A stretch of DNA of 61,169 bases, counting the filler, from Vannella sp. (lineage: Eukaryota), in NCBI GenBank assembly GCA_023345925.1. It is 6 parts of 6 records of this genome, joined end to end, with 100 filler letters (N's around TTAATTAATTAA, not from the genome) between each part and the next. Parts side by side here need not be neighbours in the genome. Positions count along the whole stretch, not along the records: positions 1 to 9,256 come from JAJQQN010000439.1; positions 9,357 to 17,326 come from JAJQQN010000290.1; 4 more parts are not named here. One strand, 5' to 3'. Positions 1 through 9,614 of the stretch are shown here, in pieces. Within the stretch, counting starts at the first letter, position 1, and every line of letters begins with the position of its first letter. Below the pieces are notes generated by a model. It saw only the letters and a program-made list of their open reading frames with translations. It was not told the origin of the DNA and did no database searches. Position numbers and translations under genes: made by a program.

Positions 1-603
1 GCAGAGTCGGAGCAAGGACTTGAACACTTCAATCATCTGCTCATCAAACCCAGATGCAGAGCCCACGAGTACAGCAACATCAACGAAGTGCGTCTGTTTC
101 CATGCACAGTCAGTTCTTATCCTTTTCGTGGGTAGAAACCGGTAGCTTCATATACCATCTGTTCTGTTGAGGGTGGGATGCAGGAACGCGCCTCACACTC
201 TCCAGAGCATGTTCCACCGAGCTACCGCAGTGAGAGAGAGCCAATAGCTTCGTATTGTGGTCTATGAAAGTCGGTTTGCAAACGAAGCGAAACAGTTCTC
301 CTCCGCGCAAACAAACTTGAGATGTGTGCCAAACATGTGCCGTTGCCAGTGTATCATAACAGCTTCTCTTCTTTGTGAAGTTCTTACTATCAGAGTGGAA
401 GGAAACGGTCTGTTGGCATGAGAGATAACGGGGTCTCCATGGGCAGACCTTTGCAGCGACGAAAATACAAAGAGAGTGGCCTGATGAAGCCCATTCTTTC
501 GCACATGTTTTAGCCTATTTTAATACGAAGCGATCGATGATAAATCAGTTTACAAAAACCGTTTTGCAGCGGTGAAAAATGCTTTCCATTTCCATTTGCT
601 CTC

Positions 604-1263
604 ATGGCTCTTGAAGCCTCTCGTATCGCTCCTGACGTCAGAGGGTCATGGGCCAGTGGTATCACAAGGAAAGACATTGATGACAGATCTGTGGACTTGA
701 ATGAGTTGCTCTCTTCGTTTCCTCAGCGCCGTGAAGAAGAACTGGTACAACGGTCCTTTACACAGAGCACTGGGCTCAAACTTCCGGGACAGCTCTTTGC
801 CGAAGACAGTGTGGATCCGTGGAGTGAACCAACGGTCATCTACTCCCGACCAGACGATCGAGTGCATGACTGGAATGTCTTTCAGGATTCGGAGTATTTG
901 GTGACTGATGATTGGAAACGGGTCATATGGATGTGCAGAGCGTTATGCCAGGGATTTGATGTGAGTGGTCCACCCTGTGATGCCTTATGTAAACTGTGGG
1001 ATAACTATGTGGGCTTCTGTGGTCCCCTCAGTGTCTCTAAAAAAGTCCCTTGGGACCATCCAGTGTACCAGAAGAAGGAGATTGCTCACCATGTTTTGCT
1101 CGATGTGTCTCTTATGGATGATCCAGAGACTGAGAGAGGGACTCAGCAGTTAGAAACTGATTTTGAACTTGAGAAAAGCAAGAGAGGCCTGTCCTGGATC
1201 TTTCTCAGACGGAGACGGCTCGCCCCAAACACATCATTCCGATTCAATATTGTGTCAGCATAG
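604..1263 (+). CDS. Hypothetical protein (219 aa), possibly truncated by a premature TAG
   Basis: ATG-initiated intronless ORF preceded by CATTTC at 587. The frame stays open and protein-like after the TAG (AEDWKGFRSAIAELFGFD). No family recognised. Confidence 0.5.
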   Translation: MALEASRIAPDVRGSWASGITRKDIDDRSVDLNELLSSFPQRREEELVQRSFTQSTGLKLPGQLFAEDSVDPWSEPTVIYSRPDDRVHDWNVFQDSEYLVTDDWKRVIWMCRALCQGFDVSGPPCDALCKLWDNYVGFCGPLSVSKKVPWDHPVYQKKEIAHHVLLDVSLMDDPETERGTQQLETDFELEKSKRGLSWIFLRRRRLAPNTSFRFNIVSA

Positions 1264-1346
1264 GCAGAGGACTGGAAAGGCTTCAGGTCAGCGATCGCAG
1301 AGTTATTTGGATTTGACCGTTCCCCGGGCACTGTCCGAGCTGTGAC

Positions 1347-1472
1347 CACTATGGATATCTCTCACACTATGGATATCTTGCGCACTATGGATATCTTTCG
1401 CACTATGGATATCTTTCACACTATGGATATCTTGCGCACTATGGATATCTTTCACACTATGGATATCTTGGT
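1347..1472. repeat. Minisatellite, 7 x 18 bp
   Basis: Invariant core CACTATGGATATCT plus 4 variable nt (ctca, tgcg, ttcg, ttca, tgcg, ttca, tggt). Confidence 0.95.
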
Positions 1473-2091
1473 CATTTTTTTCCAACGTTTTTCTTTTCTC
1501 CTAATTACTTTTTCAACATTGTATCACACAAAACCAGGCTTGGTTATTGCTAGCAATAGAGTCAGGGGGGGTAATGTCGCCCACTTGACGAAGAATGCTG
1601 ATTTTTCCTTGAGTTCCCAACCTTGTAACCACAACATTGATATCAAAAGGTGCATATTTACTATTCTTTCTTATGGTTGCGGGTTTGGATTGACTCATTC
1701 ATCAAATGACAGCTTTCGGACAGAAATAGAGCTACGCGTTCTCCTGTGAGGTCGAAAAAGTCGCCCACTCCCAAATTTGGCACTTTTCAGGTGAAAATTC
1801 AACAAGAAAGAAAAGTCGTCTGAAACATATGAAGAAACGAAAAATAGATAGGCTCGATCTGTCTGCTCTGATTGGCTAAAAGTGCAGAGAGCCCATCTAT
1901 TCAGCCACGCGAACTGAGAGGCGGATACTTGAAAACGGCTTCTGACTGCACTTGTCACCGAGTTGGGGCTTCAAAGCTAAACACAGCTTGTCCACGAGCT
2001 CACCCTCTCGAACTAGTCAGGGGATAGTAAAGTGTAGGATTTACCCACAGAGTACTGTAGATCAAACCCAGGCAGCTCCTGCTTCTCTTCA

Positions 2092-3080
2092 ATGAAGTCC
2101 GAAAGAGCTTCCAAGGTGCCGAGGACAAGCGTCGCGTAGTTCTCCACCTCTGGAGCCTCCAACTCCCCGCATGAGCAAACTAACGAATATTCTCTGGCTT
2201 CCTCTGTTCCCCACTCCAAGAGGCCCCCGGCAACGCCCCCAAAGGCACCTTCCTCGCACTCCACCCCGCTCGCCAACACCGCCACCCCGACACGCCTGCC
2301 CTCCGCATCCCAAAGACAACTGAAGGAGACTCCTCATGATTTGGAGCCTCAAAGCTCCGAAGAGATGGGCTGGTCACGTGACCTGGGGGAGGTCATTACC
2401 TTCCTCTCATGCCTTCCCACGAAGACTACGTCGCCTTGGCGAAGGTGGGATTCGAGCAAGGTGAGTAGGGAGTGGTAGGAGGAACAGGAGCTGATGAGGG
2501 GGATGGTGGAGTGGCGAGTTTGATCGTATCTGGAGGATGCATTCTGGCTGCCAGGCTTTTTGCTGCTTTCCGGTTGCTCATCTCTACAGCCGCTCAGCCA
2601 GCTCATAGGAGGAGGCACCCTCCTCGTAGACCTGGGCGTTGAGTATGTCTGGCTTAATCAGTTACTTCTCCTCCTTAAAGATGGAGAGAGAATCGGTCAG
2701 GAGTGGAAAGGATACGCCCAAGAGCTACCTGCGTGGATGGAAAACACTTTTGAAGGGGCTTTGCGCAAGAGAATATCCATTTACCTCGATGAAACAGTTG
2801 ATGTTTACCGACAATTCCGCAGGACTGGAGCACATCACGCCTTTCCCAACCTGAAGGAGCAAGTTCGGCCGACTTGCGAGCGTCTTTGAAGGACCACTTG
2901 TTCCCCACCCTCTACAAAGGATCTTTCCTGTTCCTTTACAACGAAGTAAGGCACAAGAAAGGATCCTTAGCGGCTCTGGAGGATTCTTCCAGATGCAGTC
3001 AATTTCGACCTCTCTTCGCGTATCGAACAATCTCTCGCTTCCTTCCTTCCTCACATCATTCAGCCCATCAGTGGGTTTGA
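2092..3080 (+). pseudogene. Fragmented or degraded protein-coding region of unknown family
   Basis: Protein-like helical segments (2560-2889, 2874-2944) in different frames, splice-donor-like GTGAGT/GTAAGG sites and in-frame stops. I could not build a clean gene model. Confidence 0.3.
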
Positions 3081-3172
3081 TCGTTGGACTCTGGCTCGCT
3101 AACCGGCACACGAGAAGGTTTCCGACAAGGGTGAATCCCGTATTTGCTCTTAGAACCGCTTTCTGTTTCTGT

Positions 3173-3754
3173 TTATGTTTCTGTCTGATGGGAGGGAGCG
3201 CTGTGGGAGTCCCTTTCGGGGGAACCTTCCCAGCAGAGATCTGGAGAATAGCTGATTGTTGCGGTACTTTGCTCCAGCAAAGCCGTTTTCGCATCCTCCA
3301 AGGCATTAGTGAGTTGCTGTAGCTTTTCTTCCGCTGCAAGAAGCTGCTGGAATGTGCCAAGAAGCTGAATCATCTTTGGAGGATTCGCCGGGGACTCCGT
3401 GACGAGCTGAGATTGGATTGTTTTGGCTTTCGTGGAGGGTCGTTTGCCTCTGCTGATGGATGACAGGGCTGCTCTTCCCTCTCTGGAGAATGAAGGGTGG
3501 GAGAAGACACTTCCTGATGCACGATTGCTTCTTCGGACCTTCAGGAAGCCGTAGCTATTCAGCTGTCGAACGAAAGAAGACATGTGAGAGTGCTTAAAGT
3601 ACAACGGTAGAACGGTTGCTTCAAAATCCAAGATGTGAAACACCTCAAACGCGTCTCCTTCCTCATTCCAAGCAATCAAGTGGTTCGTCTGCCAGTCACT
3701 GACCATCTCAAAGAGCTTCTCAACAAAGGTTCGCACTGAGTTGCTCCTCGACAT
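3173..3754 (-). CDS. HSF: Heat shock factor (HSF)-type DNA-binding protein
   Basis: FVEKLFEMV...IAWNEEGDAF...VLPLYFKHSHMSSFVRQLNSYGFLKV is the HSF DNA-binding domain signature, followed by a short coiled coil. Confidence 0.93.
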   Translation of the reverse strand: MSRSNSVRTFVEKLFEMVSDWQTNHLIAWNEEGDAFEVFHILDFEATVLPLYFKHSHMSSFVRQLNSYGFLKVRRSNRASGSVFSHPSFSREGRAALSSISRGKRPSTKAKTIQSQLVTESPANPPKMIQLLGTFQQLLAAEEKLQQLTNALEDAKTALLEQSTATISYSPDLCWEGSPERDSHSAPSHQTET

Positions 3755-4058
3755 GGCCTGAATAACAAAGATGCTGTTTTACTGCAGATGGCCGGCGTAA
3801 CTCCGCAATATGATACTGCAGGCGTAACTGTGCAACTCCGTCCTGCAGTCTTGACTTTCGGAGTGCCTAATTTTGGACAGTTCTTTGAATCCATGCGAAA
3901 AGGGAACCTTTAGGTGAAATGCTCCTTTCACAGATGTTCAAGAATTAAATAGTCATGATAAAGAGAGGAATGAATTGAGAGTGATGATTTAATTCTGGGC
4001 CGCTGCATGTGGAGAGCGGGAGCTCGACGAGGAGGGGAGATGGGACGGCGGGGAGTGG

Positions 4059-5563
4059 GGTCTCTTTTGGGCCAGGAAACGATGAGCAGCTATGCCCGTA
4101 AGCATCGATTCACGCTGGGCTATGTGGGGTTTGTAGGAGCCTTGCTTGTGGGGAGTATGCCGAGCAGGAGGAGAAACTGGTCTTGACACTGACTTGTTCA
4201 CTAGTCCAGCTTGATCTACATCGAAAAGTAAGGTTTGCTTCTATTCCTCTCGCTCTCAAGATGCTCTCCTCGTCCCCCAGCAAAGAAACAGCTGCGTTCG
4301 TGACTTTTCGGCTCTCCCGCGACTGTAAGAGGACTCCCGTTTGCTCCCCTTCAAGCTGACACCTCCACCGTAGATGAAAGCTGTCTATTGCTGCAAGAAG
4401 AGGGGGCTATTGAGCAGCTGGGCGCTCTCTTGGACAGAGAGATGGAGGGAGACGCAGGACTTTCAACCATTCTCTACTCTCTCGCCATTCTCAGCAACAT
4501 GGCACGTTGCCGTGAGTAACATGTGCCCTTACGGTGTGGGATCTATTAACACAGAGAGGATCAGCTGATCACAAGGTGAAGATGACCACTCAAGAATGGT
4601 TGCGCCGTTATGAACGGATCGCTCGCTTTCTCCAGACCAAGATCAAGGCAGAGGGTGATGCAGAGGCTGCTTTACTTTGCTTCCACACTTTGTTGTGCAC
4701 CATTAGCACCTTCTCCCGTGAGTAATCAACCTGACTGGGGTGCCAAAAGCTCACCTTTCCCATGTAGGAGTTGAAACCGCCACTGCCTTGGCCTATGGAG
4801 GTGCTGGGCGCTGGATCTCTGAAGGACTAGCATCCCATACTCCTAGAAACGTGGCAGAATGGCCCAGGAGTGTTCAAATTCTTATTTCCGATCACCAAAA
4901 ACAGCCAATCTCTTCTCCATCCTCTCTTGTTGGCACCTTCTCCGAGCTTGTTTGCTCCCCCATTGGAACCTTCCTCTCTCCAGAAGCTTCCAAAGACTAT
5001 CTTCTCTCCTTTTCTCTTGTCGCTGTGGGAGAGTTAAGCCGCCACAGTAAGTGCCTTACTTTACTTGTTTCGGGAGATTGACTCTCAGTAGAATACTCTC
5101 GCGATAAGTTGGTCGATGATGGCATCCTCACTACCCTTGAGAAGTCTCTGCGAAGTGCTGAAACGGACACTGTCGCCCAATCAATGATGATTCGCGCGTT
5201 GGCTTTTCTGGCTAGGAATGGTAAAACCTGTTACATCTCTGAGAAGTGGCTCTGACCTTCGTCCAAGATCTCGTCAAAGAGAAACTTGTAGAAGACCGTT
5301 GGAAGGAGTCTCTGCTTAAATGGTCAAGTCAAGAAGGTGACTTGAAAGTGAAATTGTTTACGGCTTCCTTGTTCAAAGTGATACTCGAAAAAGGTGGGTT
5401 CAATGGGTGCTTTACAGTGGATTCATTAACTTTCTCAGTGGGAACTGGGGAACTGCTCCTTCAATCACTCACTGCCTCTTGTGTGGCTTCTCAGTTGGAG
5501 GGGATTAACTGCCAAGTGCATCCTATTTACACGAAAGAAGTGCCAGCCACTGCTAAAGAATGA
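4059..5563 (+). CDS. Multi-exon hypothetical protein, alpha-helical/ARM-like
   Basis: Several short exons bounded by GTAAG/GTGAG donors and AG acceptors, with Leu-rich helical segments. Start and exon structure uncertain. Confidence 0.4.
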
Positions 5564-5577
5564 AATAGAGAGCGACT

Positions 5578-8500
5578 TTATACCTCTGAATGGGTTTCTG
5601 CCTCCTCTGAATGTGGTTTGTCCTCCTCTGAAGACTGTGCTTCATCCTCAGGCGGAGAGGCAGGAGCGAGTTCTTTTACGGCGTCAGTGTTCGACCGAGG
5701 CTCTCCAGGCGCCATCCACATGATGACTGATTGGTCCCATGAGCCAGAGTAGACTGCCCAGCCCTTTAGCTGGCTGTTGTATGAACACTCCATGGAAGAG
5801 ATAGCGTCCGTGTGATAGCGAGGGACTGCTCCCATAAACTCGTGGGTCTACCGCTTTTTGAGAACTCAAAATAAGTGGAAAGCAAGAAGTTAGTTACCTC
5901 GCTGTCATAAACGCAGATCCGGGAGTCCCATGCAAAGGTCCAAACAGTGTTTCCAATTTCTTGAGCGCCAAAGATTTTGCCGTCGTGGTCCCCTTCAATT
6001 GAGTTTTTCAACTCGAAGGTCTGTATTCCTGCCTTAGTGTTTGCTCCTTAAGAAGCCAAAGCCATACCTTTGGATCCCAAAGAGTGAGCACTCCAGTATC
6101 GCCTCCTGCCCAGACAGTTCCTTGGATGAGCTTCAAGAAGTTGAGGCGCCCGGTTTGAGAAATGTCGATCACATTAAGCTTCTCGTAGGTCTGGATAGCC
6201 TGTTAGGTCGGGATCTGCAAGTAAGTCGGTGCCTACCTGGCCATCAAGAACATGAATCTGTTTGTCAAAGCCAACTACCCAGATCTGGTCTCCAATACAG
6301 GATACCAGAGCGGAAGTCGTGCCAATCACAATCTTTTGAGCCTCAAAAGACTGCTCCGTGTGAGTATCAGAACGAAGTAGGGTGTGTTTTAGCACTTACA
6401 GTAGGACAAACGCACAAAAGGTTGTCATTGGAGACCACCCAAACTGTGTCTCGGATAGCACTGAGGTGGAACGCGGGCATATCAAACTCGTGGAGTATAT
6501 CTCCCGTCGTTTCGTCGCGCACTTCCACGGCATCCTCAAATCCAAGCCAAATCTGTTGACCGGACCGCACCATTCCATTCACACGCCTTCGAGTCGTACT
6601 GACTGCTTGAATCAACTCCAAAGTCTATGCTCTGATCAGAATATGTTACACGCAAGGGATTTGACTCACCTGAGCGTTCCAAACGTTGTAAGCTCCCTTG
6701 CTATCAGATGTCCACAAGCGAGCACCGTCAGATGTCATAACGCAAGCAGTAATTGACTTCGCATGGCCGTAAGCTCGGCGATGAAAGATGGCAGGCAGAG
6801 CACCTGCCATTTCATCCTTATCGAGACTATCGTCCTCGAAGAGACAAGTGTCCCTCTCAAAGATATCTGCATAGTGCTTCACTCCCACTTCGAGCACGTC
6901 GTTAATCTGGTTGGTCTTGGTAATGATTGAGAAAGGATCAGCAGCTTGCTCCGGAGGAGGAAACAATAAGTTGGGCCCAATCACTTTAGCAATGTTGGAG
7001 GCACTCATCCGACTGGAGCTCGCGCTGAGAGACACAACAAGCATCAAATGGAACATCTGGCGACAAATAAAGTAGTTTTCTCGAGGCAACTCTTTGAAAA
7101 TGCGTCTTAAAGTGTTCACTTGCTCCTCTTCAGGGCTTTCTTCTCTTGGAATGAGTGTGTGGGAAGTAAGAGGTAATGTTACGTACCACATAGATTAAGG
7201 ACGGGTTCGTAGTTCTTGAATAGCATGACCGGCTCTGGCAACTCGCGCAGCCACATCTTCAGGATGCTGCTGACATTGTGAGGGTTCTCAGAGTCTAGGA
7301 AGTCCGTGTCTGCCTTCTGATTAAGCTCATCCTTCAGTGTAACACAGCGGACACTCTCTCCCGCAAGCCGGAAGATTCCTTCTTGCGACAAAGCTTGGCG
7401 ATAGATGAATTGAGTGGCATAACGAACAATACGAGGCACAGGATTATGAGGCTCCACAGTGTACTCCTTCTCCATCAAAGTGGGAAGAGAAACGCCAAAT
7501 AAGGGGAAGGCCTGGCGAGGCGTCTCAGATATCATCAATGGCGGGGCATCAGGAATACTCTGAAGGGCAATGATGGAAGGGTTATCTTCCGTGTAAAGAC
7601 GAATCTGCTGCATTGTTGGAGTCTTTGGCTTCAGCTTGAAAGGGAACTTTGTGAGCGGATTGCCGCCAATCTTCAGCTCAGTAATCAGAGTATTCAGAAG
7701 CTAGTCACCAATGTTAGTTACCCACACAGTACAGCACCGCCATTGAATCAACCTACCGCACCAAAAGGGACAGTCTCTAAGCGATTAGATTCAATCTCAA
7801 GGCGGACAATCGAAGTTGAGCGGACGATGGAGGAAGGCAACTCCTCGATAAGATTGCCATTCAGAGACAATTCGCTCAAGTTTGGACAGCAGAGCACCTC
7901 TTCAGGGAAGTATTTGAAGCCATTGTTGTCCAATCGGAGTCTCTGAAGGACTTGGGAACATCGGAAGAACTCATTGGGAAGGCAAACAAGCTGTTTCTTG
8001 CGGAGGCTAAGTTCGACTACTTTCTTGTCTTTTGGAGCCTTTTCGATGAGTTCAATGATCTTTGGAGGAGCCTTGTAGAGCCTTTCACGTAGAATAACTG
8101 AAGCAATCTCTTGGAGAACCTCCTCGACATCTTCCTGGCTTGTGACTTCGATGTACCGCAACGCTTTGATGTCCTGAGCAATAGTAGAGGCGTCTGCTCT
8201 GCTTACGGACTTTCGTGATTGAGCTCCGTCAACCAGAACACCCACCAGGAGGATGGGAACCTCCACAGCCTGCTTGATAAGAGTTTGCTCGTACTGTTCG
8301 GGTAAACGTTAGTCCCCTGCCAAGCTTACCAGCGTGTGGATCAAGAGCACTAACCTTGTAAGCGATCTTGCTAAGCGAGTCGAAGTTATTCCGGGCGAAA
8401 ACAAGGACGAGAGCGGACACAGCGTCCCCTCCTGTTGCATGGTCCGAGTCCAAGATCTCCAGGTGTACTTGGTGTCCATAGACAGAGACCTGGGACGGGT

Positions 8501-9132
8501 TAGAACTTCTCTTTGAGACGTTTGGACGACGGTTTACCTCAGCTTTGTGGGAGGAGGATGGCGTTGTGACTACATCTCCCTTCTCAGGGAACAGGCGAGC
8601 TAATAGGGAGTGGGCATGACCCTCACGGCCAACAACAAACACCCTGGCGGAGAGACTGACAGCATCAGGGTGCGCCAGCTTCCGCTTAGGAATGGAGTTG
8701 GTCTTCTTCCTCCTGCTGTTTGGCTTGCTCACATCCTGTCGAGGGATGATGGTAGCCTCTTCTGGTTGTATGAACTGTGTCAGGTCCATGAAAGAGCCCA
8801 TATTGGGGGCGTGTTCATCGGAGATGTCCGAGAGTTTCAGGCGTTCTGGCCCGTTCCCTGTTGTAAGCAACCGGTTGGCCCCAAAAGAGCTAGTAGAGAA
8901 GCTCACCACGAGAAGTTTGATCAGGGGCTCGACGTTTGAGGAGAGCAAAGGCCTCCAAAGGAAGTCCCAAAGCGAACCAGTCCTCACAATCCATCGCATT
9001 AAGAGCGTCCATTGTATCAAACAGGTGAGCATCAAGGACTTTTCGCCACTCTGTCACCTCCCCCCTCCGGCCCAGCTCACTTGCAACCTCCTCCAAGAAC
9101 GGACCGAAAGGGTCAGCTCCCCTCCAAGCCAT
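5578..9132 (-). CDS. Multidomain Rho regulator: degenerate Ras/Rho-like domain + LRR + RhoGAP + WD40-like repeats (multi-exon)
   Basis: GTPase-fold remnants (VFVVG, VHLEILD, LVLVF, VPILLVG, RYIEVT); LRRs (LQRLRLDNNGF, LSELSLNGNLI); RhoGAP motifs LFGVSL, EGIFRLAG, LKMWLRELPEP, NIAKVIGPNL; WD repeats (WTFAWD, YSGSWD). Exons join via 45-55 nt GT-AG introns. Confidence 0.85.
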
Positions 9133-9256
9133 CAGTCCCGGTCACCAAATGAACCAAAAAGCAAAACCCCCAATTATTAATATCTTCTTCCCTATCCCAA
9201 ACACCAAAAACATGTTGCAGGAGATGGTCACTTATTTTCCTTTTTCGGCCATCCTC

Positions 9257-9356
9257 NNNNNNNNNNNNNNNNNNNNNNNNNNNNNNNNNNNNNNNNNNNN
9301 TTAATTAATTAANNNNNNNNNNNNNNNNNNNNNNNNNNNNNNNNNNNNNNNNNNNN
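9257..9356. other. Artificial contig linker
   Basis: 44 N + TTAATTAATTAA (stops in all six frames) + 44 N. Confidence 0.97.
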
Positions 9357-9503
9357 CTCAAGAGGGATTTGTTCACCTTTCACCAGGTTGCAGAGTCCCA
9401 GCACGAACGAGTCAGGATCCGCTTTCTGAAGGTCGGCATTGATCTGGTATTCCTCACTGGCCAACGCATGGATAATCTCGGCTTGGAGTCGCTCCTCCAT
9501 CAT
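9357..9503 (-). CDS. 5' fragment of a helical-repeat protein (possibly importin-beta-like), cut by the gap
   Basis: MMEERLQAEIIHALAS...DPDSFVLGLCNLV. Divergent from the FANCD2-like gene. Family call is weak. Confidence 0.35.
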
Positions 9504-9529
9504 CAGCCAACGTTGGAAGGAATGGATCG

Positions 9530-9606
9530 CATTTCCCCTTCGCATTTCCCCTTTTCATTTCCCCTTCATTTCCCCATCGCATTTGCCATTTCACCTTCAT
9601 TTCACC
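9530..9606 (+). promoter_or_regulatory. Cluster of 7 CATTT(C/G)(A/C)C motifs in a divergent promoter
   Basis: catttcccc x4, catttgcc, catttcacc x2 immediately upstream of ATG 9615. The same motif precedes many other genes in the window. Confidence 0.6.
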
Positions 9607-9614
9607 TTTTGCTG

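Noticed and set aside
1..504. Minus-strand ORF fragments at the window start
   Set aside because: Several stops, no recognisable family and no consistent splice model.
1347..1472. CRISPR-like array
   Set aside because: Variable parts are only 4 nt and recur; no cas genes; eukaryotic context.
604..3080. Alternative genetic code suggested by in-frame TAG/TGA
   Set aside because: Conserved genes elsewhere have long stop-free exons and end in TAA, TAG or TGA, so local decay explains it better.
3780..3950. Short repeats (ACTGCAG, GGCGTAACT) and a TTCnnGAA upstream of HSF as an autoregulatory heat-shock element
   Set aside because: Only two nGAAn units and short repeats; compatible with chance.
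9301..9312. TTAATTAATTAA palindrome recurring five times
   Set aside because: Always centred in identical N-padding, so it is an assembly linker.
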